Source: an uncultured Planctomycetaceae bacterium (lineage in GTDB: Bacteria > Planctomycetota > Planctomycetia > Planctomycetales > Planctomycetaceae). From it: 64,000 bases of DNA. The stretch's first letter is position 1. Each line of letters starts with the position of its first letter. A model generated the notes under the pieces. It did no database searches and was not told where the DNA came from. It worked only from the letters and a program-made list of their open reading frames with translations. The position numbers and the translations under genes were made by a program. This document shows positions 44,706 through 54,600 of the stretch, piece by piece. Where the stretch lies: the NCBI GenBank assembly GCA_963815195.1, contig CAWFGE010000007.1:32001-96000 (forward strand). Direction: 5' to 3'.

Positions 44706-47181
44706 TTGACTCAGCCATTGTTGTGCCCCCTTGGGATAGTGATTTGCTCGGTTTCGTGATTTTTGAGTTTTAGCATGGCGTCTTTAACCTCCTCAGTTTT
44801 GGGAAACAGATAGCACCGATAAATTGGATCGACAGAAACCACGATCTGTCTTTGCTCAATTTTATGATACATCCAGGATATGTTGCGCCGATTTCCTGAG
44901 CCATTTCCGCGGCGGTCCAGGCATGGGGCAGGTTCTTTGCACGCGGGCTTTTGATCCGGTAGCGATGTCTTAACTTGTTCACGATTTGCGAGGTGAATTG
45001 TTCGCCACGACAGGGATGATGGCCTTCGCGATTGAGATCCGCCGCGATCATTTCACTCGACCGGCCTTCGCTGGTTTCTTGCCGGATGCGTTCCACGATG
45101 TGCTCTTCCAAGTCCGTGTGTTTCATTGAAAAACGCCGTAGGAGAGCCGACGTTTCGGTCACCGAACCGCCGGCCCAGACCATGCGAATTTGCACCAGCC
45201 CATCCGATTGCCGGTGAAGATTGACTCCCGTAATCATCGTCCGCAACAACGACTTCTTCGCCTCCCAAGACAACTCGGGCCAGAGTTCGGGAAGCTGCCG
45301 CCCGACATCCGCGAAGGCGTCTCGCAAGGACTTTGGTACGCGGATCGGTTGGGGAATTTCTCGGCGGGCATCCGCCAGGTTTTCTTCGGCTTGCTTTTGC
45401 GCCAACAAAGCCGATTCCCATTTCTCTTCCAGACTGGCCGCAATCAAACGGTTCTTGGGATCGACACAGTCGTATTGTTGCTCGGCCCGATGGGCGGCGT
45501 ATTGCAACGCCCGACGTCTTGCTCCAAATGCCGAACCACGTCCGCATGCGTGCGAGCCCTTTCGGCGGAGAGTTTCTCCAACACATCGATCTCGGCAGGC
45601 CGCAGCACTTCAAAGAAAGCTTCCGTCACCGCCTCGTCGATCTTGTTGCCGCCCAAGTACTGGCAGGATCGTTGGGCGTAATGCCGATAGCCAGAATTGC
45701 ATGAGTATTGAAAGCGGTTCTCCTTGTAATTCACTCCCATCGTTCGACCGCATTTTCCGCAGCGCAATAAGCCCGTTAACAACGCGCAGCCGTTGCGGAT
45801 GGCTTGCTTGGCGGCGAGTCGTTGTTGGATGCGGAGGTTGTTTTGAGCGATTCGGCGTTGGTTGTCTTCGTACTGCTCCCAACTGATATAGGCCGGGTAG
45901 ATGCCGGGAATTAAGACCGACCATTCCGCTTGGGGCCGGCGCGTGCGACCCGTGGCAGGACGACCGGGAATTCGTAGCGTGGGATCGACTTGCCGACGCC
46001 CATGAGCAAACGCGCCTGCATAAGCCGGGTTATGCAGGATCGAGCCCAACGAAGCGGCCGTGGCTTCTCTCCAAAACACTTCGCCCGCATAAAGGCCCGA
46101 AACTTGGCGCCGGGGAATCTTCAAATTTTTCTTGGCCAGGAACGTCAAGACTTTTTGAATCGTGCCCAACTCCACGAACTTGTCGAACACCAAATGCAAT
46201 CGCTTTTGAATGCTCAGATCGGGATCGAGCATCACCGCCTTGTCCAGATTGCGGACCAAGCCCGTCGGCAAGTTTTGCACCAACTCGCCCCGCGCGGCCT
46301 TCGACAATCGACCCGCGTCCAATCGCAATCGGAGGCTATGGAGCTCTGCCGAAGACATCGTGCCCTTCAAGCCTAAGAGGAGCCTGTCGTTGAAATCCCG
46401 TGGATGATACAACCCATCCACATCACCGATGAGTGTGTCAAAGATCGCACACAATTCCAACAGTCGATGCCAATCCACATCGTTGCGGGAAAGCCGTGAA
46501 ACTTCATAGCCCAGAATGATGCCGACCTTACCCAAGCCGACGTCGGCGACCATCTGTTGAAAGGCCCCGCGTCCCGCCGTTTGCGTGGCCGATTGCCCTT
46601 GATCATCCTCCAGGATGCTGACTTGTTCCGGCTTCCACCCCAACTCCAACAACCGGGTTTTCAAGGCTCGCTGGTTGTGGGCACTCTCTTGGTTTTTCTC
46701 GACCTGCTTCGTCGTGCTCTGACGAAGATATACGATCCCGCGGCGATTCAAATGGCTGGTGCTGACTTTCATCGATCCGTTCATGCTCCAGTTCCTCCGT
46801 TAGAATGACGACGATTTGCTGGATGATCCGCTGCTGCTCTGGAAGAGTCAGACGGTTCCACACCTGGTCCGTGGCAATGGGTGACATCGGCTTCCCTCCG
46901 AGAAAGAATATCCCGAAAGGTAGTCACCAAATCCTGGAGCGCGTCCAGGGTCAGACAGGAAGTTTTTTGGGGAGGAGCGGTGGAAAGGTTCGTGCTGCTG
47001 ACGTCGATGTAGGTCATCTCGTCAGGAAAAATCTCGACTTGATAATACTGACGATAACCTGGCAGGCGGGCTAAGCCGAACAAATCAAATGTTCGGCCAT
47101 AAAGCGGATGGGCCGGATCGGTGACGGTGATCTCACCGCGCGATAACTGAGTGACCAGAGGTGTCTTGTGATGGTCGGACC
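44706..47181 (-). mobile_element. Large serine recombinase element, copy B
   Basis: Near-identical to 9277-11754 (a few SNPs and indels); core TT at 47182-47183 and 44706-44707. Confidence 0.95.
44711..46784 (-). CDS. Large serine recombinase, copy B (indels near 45505 and 44885)
   Basis: Same motifs as copy A. Confidence 0.93.
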
Positions 47182-47579
47182 TTCCCCGAGCCGGGCGCCG
47201 AAAATCAGCAAGTTGTCGCGACGGTCCAAGAACGTGCCGCTCTTGAGGGTCTCGAATTGCTGGGTCACATGCAGGGGCAGCCGCGACCATTGGAATTGCT
47301 CCCAGGTTTTGCCTTCCAAGAGCTTCGAGTTCCTGAGCAGCCGATCGATGCGGTTTTGGTGACGGGCCTGGCATTCCTTCTGAGTCAATTCCCAGAGGTA
47401 TTGGGGATGCGTCCAATTCTCCCGCGCCGCCTGTTCGGCCACCATCGGGTATTGTTCCCGAAACGTCGGCAGCTTGAGTTCTTTCAGTTGGTCCGCCAAC
47501 CGGGCGGGATGGATCGCCGGCGAAGGACTCGCGGTCTTCGCCGCCCTGGGGGTCTTCGAGGGAGACGTTTTCTTCTTCA

Positions 47580-48466
47580 TTATGAGAAACCTCCTGTGAG
47601 GGGAGTAAGGAATCGAACACGGACAGATCGGGAGGCTCGACGCGAACCTCCAAGGGACTGGGCAATTGCTGCCGGCGTTTGACGAGGTCCAGGACTTTCT
47701 CCGCCTGGACCGGAATGCCTTCGGAGAGGCACCACCTGAGCACGTCATCCACCAAGTCCAAGCCTTCGTGCTTGGCGGCGTGCAGGATTTTCAGATACTG
47801 CTTGATTGCGGATTTCTCGTCATTTCGGGAGACGAGTTGATCGTAGGCCATCCGAAACCGAGTCGTCGGATACAGATGATTGACGTATTTGTAATTGAGG
47901 AAGGCCCCCGGCTTTCGGATCAAGGAATCGATCACATGCCGAAAGTCGATGTGCTCTTTGCCTTGACCAAACAGCCTCGGGAGGCGTTCCAAGCAGTCCC
48001 CGCGATACCGAAGCTCCAGATGGTCTTGATGAATCAGAATGTCGAGTTCCAAGCCGACGTACTGGCTGCTCACCGAATACAGGTTGCGTTTGATCCTCAA
48101 GATGCAATCGGATTTGACCTGCACCCGCACGCGAGTGGTCGAGGGCAGCCGCTTGAAAGGCAATGGCCGAAGCGCCGCACATTCCTTCTCAAAGGCACTG
48201 GTCCGCCCGGCATTGCGGCGCGTCACCACTTGCTTTAAGAACTCCCGGTATGCCTCGACTGTCTCGAAGTCGCGATGGCCCCGCAGCCGGAGGGTCTGAT
48301 CCAGCCAGGTCTTGAAGTGGCCGTGGGCCGACTCCACATCCCCGTTCTCGTGAGGCTTTCGCACGTTGATCCGATGCCCTTTGAGGCCATAGTGATCCAA
48401 CAGCGCTTGGTACGCTCTCGCGAATTGCTTGTCGCTGGAGAGGTTGTTCACCGCCGCTGACAGGCT
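47580..48466 (-). pseudogene. istA: IstA transposase, 3' half only
   Basis: SLSAAVNN..YQALLDHYGL..PHENGDVESAHGHFK; RNLYSVSS; HVIDSLIRKPGAF. Confidence 0.85.
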
Positions 48467-49651
48467 GCACAGCGTTTCGAAGCTCGGCACGCGGCCGCGT
48501 TCGAGGGCCTGTTTCAGTCCCGTGAGCCGCCAGTTGGTGTAGCCGTGGATGTGGCCGTTTTCGTCGCCGCATTGCTCATAGAGAGATGCCAACCCTTCGT
48601 TGAACCAGGACGGGCAAGCCGGAAAATTGGCGGCCATGAAGGGGTGCACGATTTCATGGACCAGCGTCCCGCCGCCGGTGGAGATATTCATCACCAAGGC
48701 GTTGTGGGCCGCACTGTAATAGCCGTAGGGCGTCGTGGGCCGGTCCCTCAAAAACTCCCAGGCGTGTTTTTCGTAGCTGTCCTTGTCCTGAAACAGCCAG
48801 ACATTGATGATGTCGTCCGGATCGCGCTGGAAAAAATCTTTCTTGAGTCTTTTGACCGCCCACTCGACCGTCTGCCGGCTGCGGCGTTTGACCCTCTCCG
48901 CGTCTTCGTCACCGACGACGACGAAGGGCTTTTCAATGACCATCGTGAAATCCCGGCCGGCGAGTTTCTCCTTCAGCCCCAGGATGTGCTGGGCAAAGTC
49001 GGCATCGGTCATCCGCCGGGTCCTGGAGCCTTCCTTCAAATGATCCGGAACCAGGGGCATGCGGATCAGCGTCCATTTCTTGGGATCGTACTTCAGCGGC
49101 CAGAGCTTCAAAAACAGTTCGCGGTCCATTCGCCGATAGGCCCCGTCCTTCGCCGCCGGCTCGTGGTAGATGACTTCATCGTCCCGCTGGGAATAGCCCA
49201 CGATCAGGCGGAAATGCTCCGTGGTGCGGGGCTGGTCGCTGTAATGCATGCAGACGATGGAAGGCACGCCTCGCTTCAGGTCGCGGTGGAGTTGGCGGAA
49301 TTGGGCGTCCAATTCGGCCTCCGCGCGGTCGGCTTCGATCGCATACCACGCCGGGCCGATGTCGAAGCCGATGGTTTTGAGCGAGTTTACCAAATCCCGC
49401 GTGTAGCAACCTCGGCCCAGGAGCGGATCGAGACCGGATTGATCGAACACCCAATCTTGATCGACCGTCCGCCCCAACCGCTGCATCGCCATCGCCACGC
49501 AGGCTTCGCCGCAGAAGTCGGGCTTTTGCCGAATGTGGGGCATGTTTTCGATCATCACACTGTCGAGCGGGGAATCGACCTGGGCGGTCGAACTCCACAA
49601 AACGCCCAACGAACTCGGCAACAATAGCAAAGGGACCGCAAACTTCCACAT
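48467..49651 (-). pseudogene. Secreted peptidase-C39-like plus HExxH (DUF1570/peptidase MA-like) protein, C-terminus replaced by istA
   Basis: Signal peptide, QKPDFCGEAC, EHFRLIVGY, TLVHEIVHPF..WFNEGLAS. Confidence 0.7.
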
Positions 49652-49697
49652 GGGATTCGCCTTTTTGGAAGATGAACTTGGGTTTGAAAAAAGTAGG

Positions 49698-49975
49698 CCC
49701 GCCCCGTTGGGGCTTTTGCATCTTGTTCGTTCCCGTTTCCCAGGGCTTCGCCCTGGGCTGACATAGAGCCGGACCTTCGGTCCTTTTTCCGTAATTTGGA
49801 ACGACTGAATTGAATATCCGTACTTCAAAAAGCTCAGGAAATTGGTTTGGTTTTCAAGAGCCGCGCACGAAGTAAGCGGTTTTCAGGGACTCAGACAACG
49901 CAAGACCGCTTACTTCGTGCGCGGCTCAGGCCTTTTTGCAAGACCGCTTACTTCGTGCGCGGCTCAGGCCTTTTT
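49698..49975. repeat. Intergenic REP-like palindromes and a 38-bp tandem duplication
   Basis: CCCAGGGCTTCGCCCTGGG hairpin; GAGCCGCGCACGAAGTAAGCGGT (49858) inverted to copies at 49905 and 49943. Confidence 0.7.
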
Positions 49976-50077
49976 GGAATCGCTGAATTCACCAAAGCGA
50001 GCCTCGCCCTTTATGGTAAACGAAAACGCGGAGGGCAGTGTAACGATTCGGTAACGAACGCGGCCGCTCAAAAAAAC

Positions 50078-50107
50078 AACCGGGGCAGATGGCGATCTGC
50101 CCCGGTT
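50078..50107 (-). terminator. Rho-independent terminator
   Basis: AACCGGGGCAGAT-GGCG-ATCTGCCCCGGTT hairpin with an adjacent A-run (U-tract on - strand). Confidence 0.75.
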
Positions 50108-50135
50108 GCGTTGATTCTCTGGTTTCGCAAGCCGT

Positions 50136-51995
50136 CTAGCGAACCAGAACCGTGCGGAGTTCCACGACCTGCGGCGAGATCTGATTCGCCAGCCGGTCGA
50201 GGTGCGGTTTCTCCGCCGTGGTGCAGCGTTGGATGTCGTCGTATAGCCGCCGCCAATCCCGCGTGAGTTGGTCGGCTTGTCGCGCGAGGTCCTGGGCGTT
50301 TGCCTGGCGGGCCAGCATTTCGTGAATCTGCTGGCAGTCCTGCCGGAACGCGCTCGCGTCCTGGATCGCATAATCGCGGAAATCCACGGCCCGCGTGCTG
50401 AGCCATTGGCCGACGTCGTTTTCCAGATGCCGGGCCAGGTTGTCCAAGGACGCGGCGATTTCCACGACGTTCTGATTGTAGCCGCCTGGGCTGGTTCCCG
50501 CTTGTACCTGAAGCGCTTGCCCCAAGGCCTGGATGTTGTTGTCGATTTCCGCCAGCACCTGCTGGGCCGCCTGGCTTTTTAGCGGTCGAAACACGCTGGA
50601 GAACGACCGCCACGAATCCTCGATGTAATGGTAGGCATCGACGATCTGCTGCACGTCTTCCCCGCGCGAGACCACGTCGGTGAAGTTCTGGCAGACGCCG
50701 TAAAACTCATCCGCCACGGTCAAAACTTGATCCGAGTTGGGCAGTTCGATCATGAGTTTCAGCGGGGCTCGCACGAAGAAGTCGTCCACATCCCGCTTGA
50801 GCACGCTGCACAGATACAGCAGCTTTTCGCGGTCCATCTGGTAAGGCAGCCACAACAGTTCGTGGATCGAGCTGTCCACGTCGTTGACCCGGCGAACGCT
50901 CCGCTCGACGTAGCGGTTGTTGAGCGGACGCAAATCCGTCGCATACGGATACCACACCCGCTGGAACTCGCGGTATTGCGCGGCGACTTGCTGATAATCG
51001 CCGGTGTCCCCGACGGTGTTGGCGACCTGGCGGGCTTGCTGTTCGATCCGCCGGCCCCTAAGCAAAAGATCGATCTGCTGCTGCGAACGCGGGACTTCGA
51101 TTTCGATGTCGTCCATCAGGTTGTGCAAATCAGCCGACAGCGCCGCCGTCTTCCGCAAGAGGTCTTGCCGGTCGAGCTGCGGCGAGATTTCAAAGGTTTT
51201 GCCGAGTTCCTTCGCGAAGGAGTTCAACTGTTGAATTTGGGTGACCGTGCGGCTGTCGAGGCCGCGCACTTGGGCCAGGCGGTACGAAAGCAGCCGCCAG
51301 TCGCGGTCGAGGTCTTTGAGGTCCGGGATGATCATTTGATGGTCGTTGTACTGCCGGCTGCGGTCAGCGAGCATCGCCACCCGCGCCCTCAGGCGGAGCA
51401 CATCGTCGAGATACGGACGCAAGCCCGGCACCCGCCGCATGTCGTCGTTGAGAAGCGTCGCCAACTGGTCGGCATCGCGGGAGACCTCCGCCAGCACGCG
51501 CTGGGCTTCCCGCATCTGCGGAGTCGGGGACGTTAAATTGGTCCGAGGGGCCGGAAGCGGGGTGCTTCCCAGCGGATCGTACAAGCGGTTTTGATCGCGG
51601 CGGTCGAATTCATTTTGCATCAACGGCTTCAATAAATCATCCACGTTTTCGCGTCCGCCGTCGTTGCGATAGCGGGGATCGTCGCGGGCGATCCGGTAGC
51701 GGGGATCGTTGCGATCGTACCGCGGATCGGTGTTGTTGTATCGAGGATCGTTGCGATCGTACCGGGGATCGGTGTTGTTGCGGGGATCGGTGTTGTTGCG
51801 GGGATCGGTGTTGTTGCGGGGATCGGTGTTGTTGTATCGGGGATCGTTGCGATCGTACCTCGGATCGCTCGGCGAGCGAAAATTGTCCTGCCCCAACAGC
51901 TTCGCCCCGATGATGGAAACGCCGAGTCCCATCAGCAACGCCCCCAACACCCACCGCGGACTGCGCAAAGCAGCCTTTAACCAGCCAAGACTCAT
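50136..51995 (-). CDS. Exported helical hypothetical protein with an N-terminal DPR repeat tract
   Basis: Signal/TM segment; RYDRNDPRYNNTDPR(NNTDPR)n encoded by tandem DNA repeats at ~51655-51866. Confidence 0.8.
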   Translation of the reverse strand: MSLGWLKAALRSPRWVLGALLMGLGVSIIGAKLLGQDNFRSPSDPRYDRNDPRYNNTDPRNNTDPRNNTDPRNNTDPRYDRNDPRYNNTDPRYDRNDPRYRIARDDPRYRNDGGRENVDDLLKPLMQNEFDRRDQNRLYDPLGSTPLPAPRTNLTSPTPQMREAQRVLAEVSRDADQLATLLNDDMRRVPGLRPYLDDVLRLRARVAMLADRSRQYNDHQMIIPDLKDLDRDWRLLSYRLAQVRGLDSRTVTQIQQLNSFAKELGKTFEISPQLDRQDLLRKTAALSADLHNLMDDIEIEVPRSQQQIDLLLRGRRIEQQARQVANTVGDTGDYQQVAAQYREFQRVWYPYATDLRPLNNRYVERSVRRVNDVDSSIHELLWLPYQMDREKLLYLCSVLKRDVDDFFVRAPLKLMIELPNSDQVLTVADEFYGVCQNFTDVVSRGEDVQQIVDAYHYIEDSWRSFSSVFRPLKSQAAQQVLAEIDNNIQALGQALQVQAGTSPGGYNQNVVEIAASLDNLARHLENDVGQWLSTRAVDFRDYAIQDASAFRQDCQQIHEMLARQANAQDLARQADQLTRDWRRLYDDIQRCTTAEKPHLDRLANQISPQVVELRTVLVR

Positions 51996-52190
51996 CGCGT
52001 GCATCCTTTCGTTCGATCAATCTGGGTCAAAAATGTTCCTGCACAATCCCGCAGATAGGCAAAGGTCGCCTTGCCCCCCATTCGGGAATTGGCGAATTAT
52101 GCTTATCTTTACAGAATTGCCAAGATCAGTTCGTCGAACTTTTCTCGCGGGTCGAACGAGCAAAACGCGAAACGCGGGAAAACCCGGAGG

Positions 52191-52853
52191 TTATTCCGAA
52201 TCGTGGCGAGCCTTTAGAATGAACTCCCGCACCAAATCGGGATCCTTGCGGGGCGGGGACGTTTCGACGCCGCTCGCCACATCGACGCCCCAAGGATGCA
52301 CCGCGGCAATGGCCGGGCGGACGTTCCCGGGCGTCAGCCCGCCCGCGAGAATCAACGGCGGCCAGTCGGCGAAGGGATAGTCGCGGGCCAACACGTCCCA
52401 GGCCACCGTCTTCCCCGACCCGCCGTAAACCCCCTCGACCCGCGCATCCAAAAGACACGCCGACAGCTCGACCCCCAACTCCCGGCAGCGATCCAGATAG
52501 TCCGCCAGTTCCGCCAGGCCTTCGGGGCCCATCCGCCAGGCGCGGATGAGTTTCACATCCGGCAGCGAATCCTGAATGTCCGCAAGGAACTCCGGCGGTT
52601 CATCGCCGTGGAGCTGGGCAAAATCCAACCGGGCCTGATACGCCACCGCCGCAATTTCGCAAAGCGGAACGTTCACGAACACCCCGGCGACCGCAACGGA
52701 TTCGGGAAGCGCTTTCGCGATCTGCTTGGCCGTGTCGAGTTCCACGAACCGGGGCGAAGCCGGGTAAAAGTTCAGCCCGACCGCATCCGGCCCGAAGCCT
52801 GCGACCATTTGAACGGTCGGCACGTCCCCAATCCCGCAAATCTTCACCCACAT
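52191..52853 (-). CDS. trpF: Phosphoribosylanthranilate isomerase
   Basis: VKICGI, QLHGDE, LLDA..GGSG, ILAGGLTPGNV, GVDVASGVE. Confidence 0.97.
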   Translation of the reverse strand: MWVKICGIGDVPTVQMVAGFGPDAVGLNFYPASPRFVELDTAKQIAKALPESVAVAGVFVNVPLCEIAAVAYQARLDFAQLHGDEPPEFLADIQDSLPDVKLIRAWRMGPEGLAELADYLDRCRELGVELSACLLDARVEGVYGGSGKTVAWDVLARDYPFADWPPLILAGGLTPGNVRPAIAAVHPWGVDVASGVETSPPRKDPDLVREFILKARHDSE

Positions 52854-53027
52854 CGTCTTGCCAGATTTCGCCTCGGAAAAAGGTGTCCTAAAGTGTTATT
52901 GTGGAAGTTTGCCGAGCGTCTGAAAAGGGCGGGGTTGACCTTCAAACCAGGGGACCTGGCTGTTAGGATTCCGCCGGCCCTGGAAAATGCCGACGCCCGA
53001 TGTTTTGATTCAACGAGGTAAACCCGC

Positions 53028-54104
53028 ATGTTGCATGCCGTGATTATGGCCGGCGGAAGCGGAACGCGATTCTGGCCGCAAAGCCGCCATCAGCGCCCCA
53101 AGCAATTATTGCCCCTGGCGGGGCCGCGGACAATGATCCAGGACACGGTGGACCGGATCGCCCCGTTTATCGCGGCCGAAAAGACGTGGATCGTCACCAA
53201 CCGCCGGCAAGCCGTGGAAACCGCCCGTCAGCTGCCCCAAGTCCCGGCCGACCAAGTGTTGATCGAACCCTGCGGACGAAACACCGCCCCGTGCATCGGC
53301 CTCGCGGCGATTCGCTTGCTCGACCGCGATCCCGACGCCGTGATGCTCGTAATGCCCGCCGACCATGTCATCGGCACGAAGCCGGAGTTTGAAGCAGCCG
53401 TCCGCGGCGCGGCGGAAATCCTCCAAAACGATCCCGCCGCCTTGGTGTTGTTCGGCGTCACGCCCACCTATCCGGCGACGGGGTTTGGATACATCGAACG
53501 CGGCGAGCCGCTCGCCGGCCATTCGAAGGTGTACAGCGTGGCCAGTTTCCACGAAAAGCCCGACCGCGAAACCGCCGACCGCTTCCTGGCCACGGGAAAA
53601 TTCTATTGGAACTGCGGCATCTTCGTCTGGCGGGCCGATCGCATCCTCGCCGCGATCGAGGAATACGAACCGGAAATCGCGGAAAAACTCGATGCGCTGA
53701 AACCGGCGATCGACACCGACAATTGGGACGATGCACTCGAAAAAACCTTTCCGGAGATGAAGTCCATCTCCATCGACTATGCCGTGCTCGAACGCGCGCC
53801 GGGCGTTTGCGTGGTGGAGGCGCCGTTTGCGTGGGACGATGTGGGGAGTTGGGAAGCCTTGCCCCGGCTGCTCGGCGAAGATGAGAATGGCAACACCGTG
53901 GACGGAATGTTTTGCGGATTAAACTCGAAGCGGTGCATCGTTCGCTCGACGGTCGAAAATCATCTCATCGCCGTTGCGGGCATGGAGGATTGCATCATCG
54001 TGCATACGCCCGATGCGACCTTGGTGGCGAAGAAGGACAACCCCGAAGCCGTGAAACATCTCGTGGCCCTGATCGAAAAGGCCGGCTATGACCAGTTCCT
54101 CTGA
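53028..54104 (+). CDS. manC: Mannose-1-phosphate guanylyltransferase
   Basis: [46 protein letters not shown]. Confidence 0.95.
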   Translation: MLHAVIMAGGSGTRFWPQSRHQRPKQLLPLAGPRTMIQDTVDRIAPFIAAEKTWIVTNRRQAVETARQLPQVPADQVLIEPCGRNTAPCIGLAAIRLLDRDPDAVMLVMPADHVIGTKPEFEAAVRGAAEILQNDPAALVLFGVTPTYPATGFGYIERGEPLAGHSKVYSVASFHEKPDRETADRFLATGKFYWNCGIFVWRADRILAAIEEYEPEIAEKLDALKPAIDTDNWDDALEKTFPEMKSISIDYAVLERAPGVCVVEAPFAWDDVGSWEALPRLLGEDENGNTVDGMFCGLNSKRCIVRSTVENHLIAVAGMEDCIIVHTPDATLVAKKDNPEAVKHLVALIEKAGYDQFL

Positions 54105-54600
54105 GCCGCCCCCTTCGGACCAGGCGGATTTGCCCAAGGGCCCCGGCCCCTTTCCGAGCGAAGGGCGGTTGATGGGTGTGGACTTCGGCACGAAGCGCCT
54201 GGGCATCGCCGTCTCCACGCCCGATCAAACCATCGCCAGCCCGCTCGAAAACTACGACCGCAGAAGTCCGGAACTGGATGCGAAACACCTGGGGGAGTGC
54301 GTGCAGGATTACCGCATCAAGGGTTTGGTCGTGGGCTTGCCGGTGCACATGAGCGGCGAGGAAGGCGGCATCGCGGAAAATGCCCGCGCCTTCGGGGAAT
54401 GGGTCGCCGAACAGACCGGCCTGCCAGTGCGGTTTTGGGACGAGCGGTTCACCTCCGCGATGGCCGAGGAGATCCTGCAAGCGGGATCGCTGACCAAAAA
54501 ACAGCGCAAGGCCCGCAAAGACAAACTCGCCGCCCAACTCCTGTTGCAGTCTTTCCTCGACACGCCCGACCGCGACCAGAAGCCGCAAGCGTTCGATTGA
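54088..54600 (+). CDS. ruvX: Pre-16S rRNA nuclease YqgF / RuvX
   Basis: [39 protein letters not shown]. Confidence 0.95.
   Translation: MTSSSEPPPSDQADLPKGPGPFPSEGRLMGVDFGTKRLGIAVSTPDQTIASPLENYDRRSPELDAKHLGECVQDYRIKGLVVGLPVHMSGEEGGIAENARAFGEWVAEQTGLPVRFWDERFTSAMAEEILQAGSLTKKQRKARKDKLAAQLLLQSFLDTPDRDQKPQAFD

Larger units (their letters stand above)
44255..47580 (-). pseudogene. istB: IstB ATPase, split (47580-47182 and 44705-44255) by the recombinase element
   Basis: LKELKLP..LLIFG-x-PGSGK (2-nt gap), then TNLLSALGDQLARQG..LIIDDLGY..SSNLPF..AIDRLIHH. Confidence 0.93.
44182..48466 (-). mobile_element. IS21-family element #2 (left part missing), carrying recombinase element copy B
   Basis: Terminal TGTTCGGCGTCAATTAG with repeated GCGTCAATTAG; istA 3' half and split istB; proteins clearly differ from IS21 #1. 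Confidence 0.85.

Noticed and set aside
9277..47181. The two recombinase copies as an assembly duplication or ends of one invertible segment
   Set aside because: Each copy has its own matching istB halves on both sides and the copies differ by SNPs, which fits independent insertions.
46781..49828. 1015-aa ORF as a novel peptidase-transposase-ORF1 protein
   Set aside because: It is a chimera: a deletion fusion at ~48466, then off-frame read-through of istB. It enters ORF1 only because of a 2-nt gap just before the Walker A; corrected, it falls in the same non-ORF1 frame as in copy A.
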